Positions 23,785 to 31,318 of a stretch of 35,303 nucleotides of DNA are shown piece by piece. This DNA is from an uncultured Planctomycetales bacterium (GTDB lineage: Bacteria; Omnitrophota; Gorgyraeia; Zapsychrales; Fredricksoniimonadaceae). The stretch spans positions 1 through 35,303 of the forward strand of contig CAZLRE010000002.1 in the NCBI GenBank assembly GCA_964561885.1, read 5' to 3'. The stretch's first letter is position 1. Each line of letters opens with the position of its first letter. Position numbers and translations under genes: made by a program. Under the pieces are notes generated by a model, which worked only from the letters and a program-made list of their open reading frames with translations, ran no database searches and had not been told where the DNA came from.

Positions 23785-24273
23785 ATGAAGATCAAAGAAT
23801 TTCTAAAACATGCATATGAAAAGATCGTTCTGATCAACGATACACCGCACCGGATCGCGGGCGGAGTGGCCTTGGGTGTTTTTTTAGGGATCCTTCCGGG
23901 GGCAGGGCCTCTGGCGTCGCTTGTTCTGGCGTATATATTTCAGGTCAACCGGGCTGCTGCGCTTGCCGGTAGCCTGCTGACCAATTCCTGGTTCAGCGTG
24001 GTCACGTTCGTTCTTGCAGTCAAGATAGGCGCATGGTTGACGGGTTCAAGTTGGAAGCAAATTTATAACGACTGCAAGAACCTGTTCGATAATCTTCACT
24101 GGGACAGGATCTTCGACGGGTCAACGTGGCCCATTCTAAAACCGTTACTGTTCGGTTACGCGGCCATCGGGATAATCGCCGGAGCGGTGGTGTATGTTTG
24201 TTCCAGGGCCATTCTTTCGCAATACCGCCTAAGAAAAAAGCATGAACCTTCCCAGGATGTTCCTTCCAGATAA
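23785..24273 (+). CDS. DUF2062-like small membrane protein
   Basis: DTPHRIAGGVALGVFLGILPGAGPL followed by further TM segments, the pattern I associate with DUF2062. Starts 9 nt after the preceding gene. Confidence 0.65.
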   Translation: MKIKEFLKHAYEKIVLINDTPHRIAGGVALGVFLGILPGAGPLASLVLAYIFQVNRAAALAGSLLTNSWFSVVTFVLAVKIGAWLTGSSWKQIYNDCKNLFDNLHWDRIFDGSTWPILKPLLFGYAAIGIIAGAVVYVCSRAILSQYRLRKKHEPSQDVPSR

Positions 24274-24299
24274 AACATTAAAACTTTAAAACGATTTGA

Positions 24300-25397
24300 T
24301 TAATGTGCTGGCCCCGGTTGGGTTGGCGGGGGAGTTGTGCCCGGGGCTGCGGGCGTGGTGAACTTCGTCTTGTCGATGGCCTTCATGTACGCGTCTTCTT
24401 TGGTGACCTTGTTCGCTTTTACCAGATCCATCAGAGAATCATCCATCAGCTGCATACCGTATTGTTTGTTCATCTGAATTTCCGTCGTGAGCCTGACGAT
24501 CTCGCCGGTCTGGATGATGGCCGGGATGGCCTGTGTCCTCACGAGGATCTCGTGGGCGGCAAAGCGCTTGTTCTTGTCGGTCGACGGCAGAAGCTGCTGG
24601 GCGATGATGGCCCGGATGGTGTTGGCCAGAATGGTGCGGATCTGGTTCTTGCGGTTGGCGGGGAAAGCGTCGATGATGCGGTCGATGGTCTTGGCGGCGG
24701 AATTGGTGTGCAGTGTTCCGAAGACCAGGATGCCCATTTCCGCGGCGGTCAAGGCCAGCTCAATGGTCTCGCGGTCGCGCATCTCACCGACGAGGATGAT
24801 ATCCGCATCGCTTTTAACAGCCGCCCGCAGGCCGCTGGCAAACGAATTGGTGTCCAAGCCCACCTCGCGGTGCGTGATGATGGATTTCTTGTTCAAATGG
24901 GTGAACTCGACCGGTTCTTCGATCGTGACGATCTTTTTCGACTGGTTCGTGTTGATGTGATCGATCAGCGACGCAAGCGTTGTGGATTTGCCGCTTCCGG
25001 TCGGCCCGGTGACAAGGACCAGTCCGGAACGGAATTTGCAGAAATCTTTGACCTTGGAGGGAAGACCCAATTCATCGACGGATTTGATGTTCGACGGAAT
25101 GATGCGCAGGACCGCGCCGAGGCCGTAGAAATGCCGGAAGTAATTGGCGCGAAAGCGCGCCTCGGTTCCGAACGCGTAGGCGAAATCCAGATCGCCATGC
25201 GATTCAAAATGCTTCCAGTCCTCGGGGTCGGCGATCTCCGACAAAAGAGAGGTCATTTCCTCGCCGGTCAGAACAGGCGCTTCCATCTCCTGTAAATGGC
25301 CATGGATGCGGATCTTGGGTTTCTGCCCCTGTTCCAGGTGAAGGTCGGAGCCTTTTTGCTCCATCAATGATTTGAATAAGGCGTCGATCTTGGGCAT
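24300..25397 (-). CDS. pilT: Type IV pilus retraction ATPase PilT
   Basis: - N-terminus: IDALFKSLMEQKGSDLHL
- Walker A: GPTGSGKST
- Asp box / Walker B region: ILVGEMRD
- His box: VFGTLHTNSAAKTIDRI
- Pro/Thr-rich C-terminal tail: TTPAAPGTTPPPTQPGPAH. Confidence 0.9.
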   Translation of the reverse strand: MPKIDALFKSLMEQKGSDLHLEQGQKPKIRIHGHLQEMEAPVLTGEEMTSLLSEIADPEDWKHFESHGDLDFAYAFGTEARFRANYFRHFYGLGAVLRIIPSNIKSVDELGLPSKVKDFCKFRSGLVLVTGPTGSGKSTTLASLIDHINTNQSKKIVTIEEPVEFTHLNKKSIITHREVGLDTNSFASGLRAAVKSDADIILVGEMRDRETIELALTAAEMGILVFGTLHTNSAAKTIDRIIDAFPANRKNQIRTILANTIRAIIAQQLLPSTDKNKRFAAHEILVRTQAIPAIIQTGEIVRLTTEIQMNKQYGMQLMDDSLMDLVKANKVTKEDAYMKAIDKTKFTTPAAPGTTPPPTQPGPAH

Positions 25398-25401
25398 AGG
25401 T

Positions 25402-26658
25402 TTAAAGAGTTTCCTGGCCCGGCGGCGGTGTCATAGGTTGTGCCGTCGGTTGTGCCGTTGGAGCTACGTTTAAATATCTGGCAAAATTATTAGGACTGAT
25501 GGCCCGGTCAAAGGCTTCCTGTCCGCTGATGACATTTTTCTGGACAAGTTCTTCCAGGGAATGATCAAAGAGGATCATGCCTGCCGACCGTCCCGTTGTG
25601 ATGGTGTTGGTCAGTTGTGTGGTCCGGCCTTCGCGGATCAAGTTCGCGATCGCGGAATTCACGATCAGGATCTCATAGGCCGGCACGACACCGCTGCCGT
25701 CCTTTTTGGGGATGAGCTGCTGGGTGATGACCCCGCGCAGAGATTCCGAGATCATGTTTTTAATGACCCCTTGTTCTTCCGACGGAAAAGAATCAATGAT
25801 GCGGGAAATGGTCTGCGAGGCATTATTGGTGTTCATGGTGCCGAAGACCAGGTGGCCTGTTTCAGCGGCCGAGACTGCCAGCTGGATGCTTTCCAGATCG
25901 CGCAATTCGCTGACGACCAGAATATCGGGGTCTTCGCGCAGTGCGGCGCGCAGGGCATTGGCCTGCGACATCGTGTGTAAAGCGACCTCGCGCTGGGTGA
26001 TCTGGCATTTCTTGGGCGTATAAACGATCTCAATGGGATTCTCGATGGTGATGATATGGTCGCTGCGCGATTGGTTGATGAGCTCAACAAGAGTGGCGAG
26101 CGTGGTCGATTTTCCGCAGCCGACAGGGCCGGTGATAAGGACGAGACCCTGCGCCCATTTGGTCAAATTCTCGCAGGACTTCGGCATGCCTGTCGACTCA
26201 AAATTCGGGATGGACATAGAAATCAGGCGCGCCGTCAGGTCCCAGCCGTTGCGCTGTTTCATGAGCGTCAGGCGGAAACGCCCGGCGCCGCCGATGGTGT
26301 AGACAAATTCAAGGTCCCCGCGCTGTTCGAATTCCTCAACGAGTTCGGGTTTAAGTGCTTCTTTGATCATGGTCTTGACGCGTTCGGGTGTGAGCACAGC
26401 CTCGGTCATGGGTTTGAGCGAGCCGAATTTGCGGAAGATGATAGGGTTCTTGGAGCACAGATGCACGTCGGAGGCCTTGTTGTAACGCGCGAAGACGAGG
26501 ATCTCATTGAGAGAATTATTGGGCGATAAGTTCGCGGGAGGAAGGACGCTGGCCGCGCCCTGGCCGGTCTGTCCGATAAAATCTTTAGGCAGGCCCGGGG
26601 TTTTGGCGTTGATCCCGGAGATGGCGGCGAGCGCGGATTCTTTTTCATTGGGCGTCAT
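25402..26658 (-). CDS. PilT/PilU-family hexameric ATPase paralogue with ~55-aa N-terminal extension
   Basis: - Walker A: GPVGCGKST
- Walker B region: ILVVSELRD
- His box: VFGTMNTNNASQTISRI
- Canonical AIANLIREGR motif
- Pro/Thr/Gln-rich tail: APTAQPTAQPMTPPPGQETL
Lies 4 nt upstream of pilT. Confidence 0.85.
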   Translation of the reverse strand: MTPNEKESALAAISGINAKTPGLPKDFIGQTGQGAASVLPPANLSPNNSLNEILVFARYNKASDVHLCSKNPIIFRKFGSLKPMTEAVLTPERVKTMIKEALKPELVEEFEQRGDLEFVYTIGGAGRFRLTLMKQRNGWDLTARLISMSIPNFESTGMPKSCENLTKWAQGLVLITGPVGCGKSTTLATLVELINQSRSDHIITIENPIEIVYTPKKCQITQREVALHTMSQANALRAALREDPDILVVSELRDLESIQLAVSAAETGHLVFGTMNTNNASQTISRIIDSFPSEEQGVIKNMISESLRGVITQQLIPKKDGSGVVPAYEILIVNSAIANLIREGRTTQLTNTITTGRSAGMILFDHSLEELVQKNVISGQEAFDRAISPNNFARYLNVAPTAQPTAQPMTPPPGQETL

Positions 26659-26846
26659 AGTGAAAGCATTTTATGTGCGCGCGTCTTAAGGCGCAAGGAA
26701 ATTGAAGGAAAATTTATTATTGGGGCGCACAAGAGCGCAGGTACACACATACACAGCGGCGCATGTTTCCTGTGTTTATGTGCTCCCATGCGATCAATCC
26801 GCCCTGTGAGCCTGTGTCATTCTCGCGCAAATACGTTTCTGTTTTA

Positions 26847-26874
26847 TTGTCGCCGAGCGCTTTTCTGCTATAAT
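26847..26874 (+). promoter_or_regulatory. Candidate sigma70 promoter for hemH
   Basis: TTGTCG (26847-26852), 16-nt spacer, TATAAT (26869-26874). Confidence 0.5.
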
Positions 26875-26900
26875 TGCTCCGTTATTTGAACGGAAATCCC

Positions 26901-27935
26901 ATGAAGCCAAAAAATTCCAAAATCGGTGTTCTGCTCGTCAATCTGGGCACCCCTGATTCCACGTCAGTTGGCGATGTCCGCAAATATTTGCGCGAGTTTT
27001 TGATGGACCCCCGCGTCATTGATATCCCGTGGTTCCAGCGTTTCCTGCTCATCAATCTTATTATCGCTCCTTTTCGCTCGCCGGCCTCCGCGCACGGCTA
27101 CAGCCAGTTGTGGACCGAAGAAGGGTCGCCTTTGAAATTCCATGGTTTTAAATTGCGTGACTTGATGCGCCAGGCCCTGGGCGACGACTATTGCGTTTCC
27201 TTTGGCATGCGCTATCAGAATCCGAGCTTACGCTCCGCGCTTGATGAGCTTAAAGGCGAAGCGTTAAGCGAATTGATCGTCGTGCCGTTGTATCCGCAAT
27301 ACGCTTCTGCTTCCACCGGGTCTACCATTGAAAAGGTCATGGATGAATTAAAACGCTGGGAGGTCATCCCGTCGGTTAAATTCATCAGCAGGTTCCATGA
27401 TCATCCGCTGTTTATCAAGGCGTTCGCGACCCTCGGCCGCGAACATATGAAGCGCTCCCATTACGACCATGTGATCTTTTCCTATCACGGCCTTCCCGAG
27501 CGTCAGATTTTAAAAGCGTCATGCCAGAGTTACTGCAAGCTGGGCGATTGCTGCAACGCCTATCACGGCAAGAATCAGTACTGCTACAGGGCGCAGTGTT
27601 TTGATACGACCCGTCTTTTAGTGCGAGAGCTTGGTCTTAAAGAAGGCGAATACACGACGAGCTTTCAGTCCCGTCTGGGCAAAGACCCGTGGATCAAGCC
27701 TTATACAGATGAGAAGATCGTTGAATTGGCCAAGCAGGGCAAGAAACGCATCCTGACGTTCTCTCCCGCGTTCGTGGCCGACTGTCTGGAGACGACCGTT
27801 GAGATCGGTATGGAGTATCAAAAGCTATTTATGGATAACGGCGGTCAGCACTGGCAGCTGGTGGAAAGTCTGAATGTCCGCCCGGAATGGGTGGAGTGTT
27901 TGAAGGCGATCATAAAAGAAAGTGAAAGTAAGTGA
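26901..27935 (+). CDS. hemH: Ferrochelatase with internal cysteine-rich insertion
   Basis: MKPKNSKIGVLLVNLGTPDS...VVPLYPQYASASTGS...FSYHGLPE...SPAFVADCLETTVEI. ATG 26901 is preferred because the track TTG start at 26874 lies inside the predicted -10. Six Cys residues fall in 26 residues (27522-27599). Confidence 0.9.
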   Translation: MKPKNSKIGVLLVNLGTPDSTSVGDVRKYLREFLMDPRVIDIPWFQRFLLINLIIAPFRSPASAHGYSQLWTEEGSPLKFHGFKLRDLMRQALGDDYCVSFGMRYQNPSLRSALDELKGEALSELIVVPLYPQYASASTGSTIEKVMDELKRWEVIPSVKFISRFHDHPLFIKAFATLGREHMKRSHYDHVIFSYHGLPERQILKASCQSYCKLGDCCNAYHGKNQYCYRAQCFDTTRLLVRELGLKEGEYTTSFQSRLGKDPWIKPYTDEKIVELAKQGKKRILTFSPAFVADCLETTVEIGMEYQKLFMDNGGQHWQLVESLNVRPEWVECLKAIIKESESK

Positions 27936-27940
27936 AATCC

Positions 27941-28084
27941 CCCGTCTTTGCGAGCTCCCGTAGGGAGCGAAGCAATCTTAACTTGAGTAAGTTTGCTTCG
28001 CTCGGCCAAAGGCCTCGCTCGATCCAGCTTCTTTAGAAGCAGCTTAAAGGAAAGCTGGAATCGACCCTCTGGGTCGCAATGACG
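27941..28084. repeat. Nested-palindrome (REP-like) element, same family as 14233-14335, expanded
   Basis: Outer stem CCGTCTTTGCGA (27941-27952) / TCGCAATGACGG (28073-28084) encloses:
- CTCCC-GTA-GGGAG
- GCGAAGCAATCTTA-N7-TAAGTTTGCTTCGC (27966-28000)
- GGCC-AAA-GGCC
- TCCAGCTT...AAGCTGGA (28022-28058)
- CGACCC-TCT-GGGTCG (28061-28075). Confidence 0.6.
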
Positions 28085-28133
28085 GCTATTTTTATGTCTA
28101 TCGATTTTAGTTTTATCCGGATGCTGAAGCGAT

Positions 28134-29690
28134 ATGTCCAAAAATCCCATCTCCTACAACCTCAACCTCATCGCCCGTGACGCGCTTCACCGCTACGGAT
28201 TTTTCAGCGAAATTCCTCAGCGCGCGCTTAACGAAGCCAAAGCCATGCACGGAGATCTCTGGCCGCATGTGGAATCCGGAATCAAAGACCTGACGTCCTT
28301 GTTGTGGAGTTCCATCGACAATGATGATTCCCGGGATCTGGACCAGATCGAATACTGCGAAGCCCATTCCGATGGAAGCGCGCGGGTCATGGTGGCGGTC
28401 TCGGACGTGGACCATTATGTCCGCCAGGGCACTTATATCGACGCGCACGCCATCAAGAATGCAGTCACGGTTTATACCGGCATCGAGATCTTTCCGATGC
28501 TGCCCGAGAGATTGTGCAATGACCTTTCATCATTGGTTCCGGACGAAGAAAGGCTTGCGATCGTCATGGATTTCCTGGTCGATCCCGAAGGAGAGGTCAG
28601 ATCCGGCGAGGTTTACCGCGCGGTGGTCCGCAACCGCGCGAAGTTGATCTATGAGATCGTGGGCGAATGGTTCGAAGGACGCACGCCGCTGCCGGAATCG
28701 GTTGCCAGAGTTCCCGGACTGGAAGACCAACTGCTGATCCAGGATAAGATCGCCCAAATGATCAAGGAAGCGCGCAAGCGAAACGGCGCGCTTGAGTTCG
28801 ATTCCATCGAAACAAAACCCGTATTTAGAGAAAAGCAGGTCATTGAGATCGCCTTGCGCCAGCGCAACCGCGCGCACCAGTTGATCGAGAATTTTATGAT
28901 CGCGGCTAACGGGGTCATGGTCAATTTCATGCGCTCCAAGAATTCGCCGGTCATTCAGCGCGTTGTCAAAACGCCGGAACGCTGGGAACGCATTGTGGAG
29001 ATCGCCATTGAATTGGGCGAGAGCCTTCCTAACCGTCCGAAAGCTAAAGCGCTTTCTGATTTTCTCGAACGCCAGCATAAACGCGATCCGCAAAGATTTC
29101 CGGACTTATCGCTGGCCGTCATTAAACTGCTCGGACAGGGCGAGTATGATGTTGTTTATCCCGGCAAAAAGGGCGAAGGCCATTTCGGCCTGGCTGTTTC
29201 GGATTACACACACTCGACGGCGCCGAACCGGCGATATATCGATCTTGTCATGCAGCGCCTGCTTAAGGCCGCGCTCACGAAAGGTCACGCTCCGTATAAC
29301 CGCGCGGAATTGGCGCACATTGCCGGCTGGTGCACGGACCGTGACCAGTTCGCGAAAAAAGTGGAACGCTTCATGCGCAAAGTTGCGGCAGCCATGATGC
29401 TGTTGGACCGTGTCGGAGATACGTTCGAAGGCATTGTCACCGGTGCCTCGGAAAAGGGTGTCTATGTGAGGCTTTTGAACCCTCCGGCCGAAGGACGCGT
29501 GGTGCGCCGGTTCGAAGGCATGGACGTCGGCGACAAAGTCACCGTGCGTCTGGTCAAGCTTTCGCCGGAACGCGGGTATATCGATTTCGAAGGGGGCGGC
29601 GCCTTCACACCCAAGCCGTCGCCAGATTCGTATCCTCATCGACGCCAGAAACGCCGTAATCCCCGGCAGAAGAGAAGGAGAGGCCGATGA
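28134..29690 (+). CDS. RNB-domain 3'-5' exoribonuclease (RNase II/R family) lacking N-terminal cold-shock domains; C-terminal S1 domain and basic tail
   Basis: - RNB motif I: LWSSIDNDDSRDLDQIE
- Further RNB motifs: VAVSDVDHYV, VYTGIEIFPMLPE, GEGHFGLAVSDYTHSTAPNRRYIDLVMQR
- S1-like: FEGIVTGASEKGVYVRLLNPPAEGRV
- Basic tail: RRQKRRNPRQKRRRGR. Confidence 0.85.
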   Translation: MSKNPISYNLNLIARDALHRYGFFSEIPQRALNEAKAMHGDLWPHVESGIKDLTSLLWSSIDNDDSRDLDQIEYCEAHSDGSARVMVAVSDVDHYVRQGTYIDAHAIKNAVTVYTGIEIFPMLPERLCNDLSSLVPDEERLAIVMDFLVDPEGEVRSGEVYRAVVRNRAKLIYEIVGEWFEGRTPLPESVARVPGLEDQLLIQDKIAQMIKEARKRNGALEFDSIETKPVFREKQVIEIALRQRNRAHQLIENFMIAANGVMVNFMRSKNSPVIQRVVKTPERWERIVEIAIELGESLPNRPKAKALSDFLERQHKRDPQRFPDLSLAVIKLLGQGEYDVVYPGKKGEGHFGLAVSDYTHSTAPNRRYIDLVMQRLLKAALTKGHAPYNRAELAHIAGWCTDRDQFAKKVERFMRKVAAAMMLLDRVGDTFEGIVTGASEKGVYVRLLNPPAEGRVVRRFEGMDVGDKVTVRLVKLSPERGYIDFEGGGAFTPKPSPDSYPHRRQKRRNPRQKRRRGR

Positions 29691-30694
29691 GCCTGAATCT
29701 GAAGATGATCGGATCTGTTGTGTTGAATTTTATTTTGATCTTCATTCTCTCATCGACATCCGCTTGGGCTCTGGAGACCAGAGAATACGTTCAATACATT
29801 CAATCCCGGGATTTCTCCGCCCTGGACGATGAGTTGACCAAGCTTGAGAATTCCAAAGCCAAAGATACCGACGGCATGTCTGTTTTTCACAGAACGATCA
29901 ACCGGATCAGTTATGATCTCTCCCTTGATCCGCAGACATCCCTGGGGTTGCTCGATCAATGGTGCGCCCAACGTCCGTCGTATCTTTCCTATCTTTTACG
30001 GGGGAATTTTTATATTGATTTTGCGTGGGCGGATCGCGGCAATAAGTTTTCCGACAAAGTCCTTCCGCAGGCCTGGGAGGTTTTTAAGAACAGGCTCGAG
30101 CTTGGGCGTGATGATCTGCTTAAAGCCGCGGAATTGAATTCAGCGTCTGCGGAGCCGTGGATCGCGCTCATGACGGCTTACCGTGGATTGAGCGCGCCCT
30201 TGAAAATAGAAGAATGTTTTCAGAAGGCCGTTGCCATCGACCCCAAACATTTCGCCGCATACCATATGATGATGACCGCCAAGATGGAAAAATGGTTCGG
30301 CACGAACGAGGAGATGTTCGACTTCGCGCGCAAGACATATGAAGAACACAAGGATGATCCGGTTTTCGCTTTCTTGATGATCCAGGCCAATGATGAGACA
30401 GCCAAGCGCGCGGCCCTGCTGAGTGACGGTAAACGCAGCGATTATTATAAGATCCCCATCAATTATAAGGCCGTCCGGAGTTTGATCGACGAGATCTTGC
30501 GCGTGTATCCCCGGTCAATAAAAGCCCTGACATGGTCGGCCACGATCGAATATTTCCTTGGGAATTACGCGGCGGCCTACAAGGCGACCGAGGCCATGGG
30601 TAATGAAGTCGATGAGGACATCTGGGGCAAGAAAGATTCCTATCTTCAGACAAAGGCGTGGTTGCAGCGTCAAAAAGACAAGGGGATGTTTTAA
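29687..30694 (+). CDS. Hypothetical exported helical-repeat protein (faintly DUF4034-like)
   Basis: ATGA overlap with the ribonuclease stop. Signal peptide MIGSVVLNFILIFILSSTSAWA. Helical-repeat-like body (LLRGNFYIDFAWADRGNKF...). The family assignment is from memory only. Confidence 0.5.
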   Translation: MSLNLKMIGSVVLNFILIFILSSTSAWALETREYVQYIQSRDFSALDDELTKLENSKAKDTDGMSVFHRTINRISYDLSLDPQTSLGLLDQWCAQRPSYLSYLLRGNFYIDFAWADRGNKFSDKVLPQAWEVFKNRLELGRDDLLKAAELNSASAEPWIALMTAYRGLSAPLKIEECFQKAVAIDPKHFAAYHMMMTAKMEKWFGTNEEMFDFARKTYEEHKDDPVFAFLMIQANDETAKRAALLSDGKRSDYYKIPINYKAVRSLIDEILRVYPRSIKALTWSATIEYFLGNYAAAYKATEAMGNEVDEDIWGKKDSYLQTKAWLQRQKDKGMF

Positions 30695-31215
30695 TGAGAC
30701 CGGTTTTTGTTTTTGTGACGATCTTTTTTTTGAGCGCTCCTGTTATCGGCTGGTGCCAGGCGCCGACCTGCGAGAAATTCAAGAACGAATATGAGCCCCA
30801 ATCCACACCGGAAGGAACATTGAAGCTTGAGATGGACATGATGAAGCAGGGGGCGTATTGTTATGATGTTCCCATCTTCGATCCGAAATGGCAGGCGATG
30901 TCCTCGAGGAATTCCTTTGGAAAAGTTGAGTTCGCGACCATGGCCGGATATTTTGACGTGCCTTCCAAAACATTTCAGGAAGGCAAATACGCCATAATTT
31001 ATTATCCGCAGGACAATACGCTCGGCCCGGTATTCTTTTACAGGGAAAATGGCAAATGGATCCTGGACCGCAACAGCGTTTATGAATACATCCATTACGA
31101 AGATACCTGGCTGGCCTACGACGGCGATTATCCGTATCTGGCGATGTTAAAAACACTCTTTGCGATGGAAGAAGTAGTCACATCCGAAGGTCAGAAAGCA
31201 TTTAAGGTCAAGTGA
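30694..31215 (+). CDS. Hypothetical exported protein
   Basis: TAATG stop/start overlap with the preceding gene. Signal peptide MRPVFVFVTIFFLSAPVIGWCQA. No motif recognised. The track start at 30658 is an upstream in-frame extension. Confidence 0.5.
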   Translation: MRPVFVFVTIFFLSAPVIGWCQAPTCEKFKNEYEPQSTPEGTLKLEMDMMKQGAYCYDVPIFDPKWQAMSSRNSFGKVEFATMAGYFDVPSKTFQEGKYAIIYYPQDNTLGPVFFYRENGKWILDRNSVYEYIHYEDTWLAYDGDYPYLAMLKTLFAMEEVVTSEGQKAFKVK

Positions 31216-31318
31216 CACCGACTAGTGGTATGTAGTAAGAATTCGTACCACGTATTACTTACCACCACGCCGCTATTAACACGCTATACCACTTAAATTA
31301 ATAACTCGAGGTCTTAAT

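Noticed and set aside
24303-25295. 330-aa plus-strand ORF
   Set aside because: Antisense shadow of pilT (Gly/Arg/Asp-rich, no motifs). The minus-strand frame has Walker A/B and His box.
25561-26529. Several 85-157-aa plus-strand ORFs
   Set aside because: All are antisense to the second PilT-family gene, with shadow-frame composition.
26874-26900. TTG start given by the ORF track for hemH
   Set aside because: The TTG overlaps the TATAAT -10 hexamer of the predicted promoter. The conserved ferrochelatase N-terminus begins at MKPKNSKIGVLLVNLGTPDS (ATG 26901).
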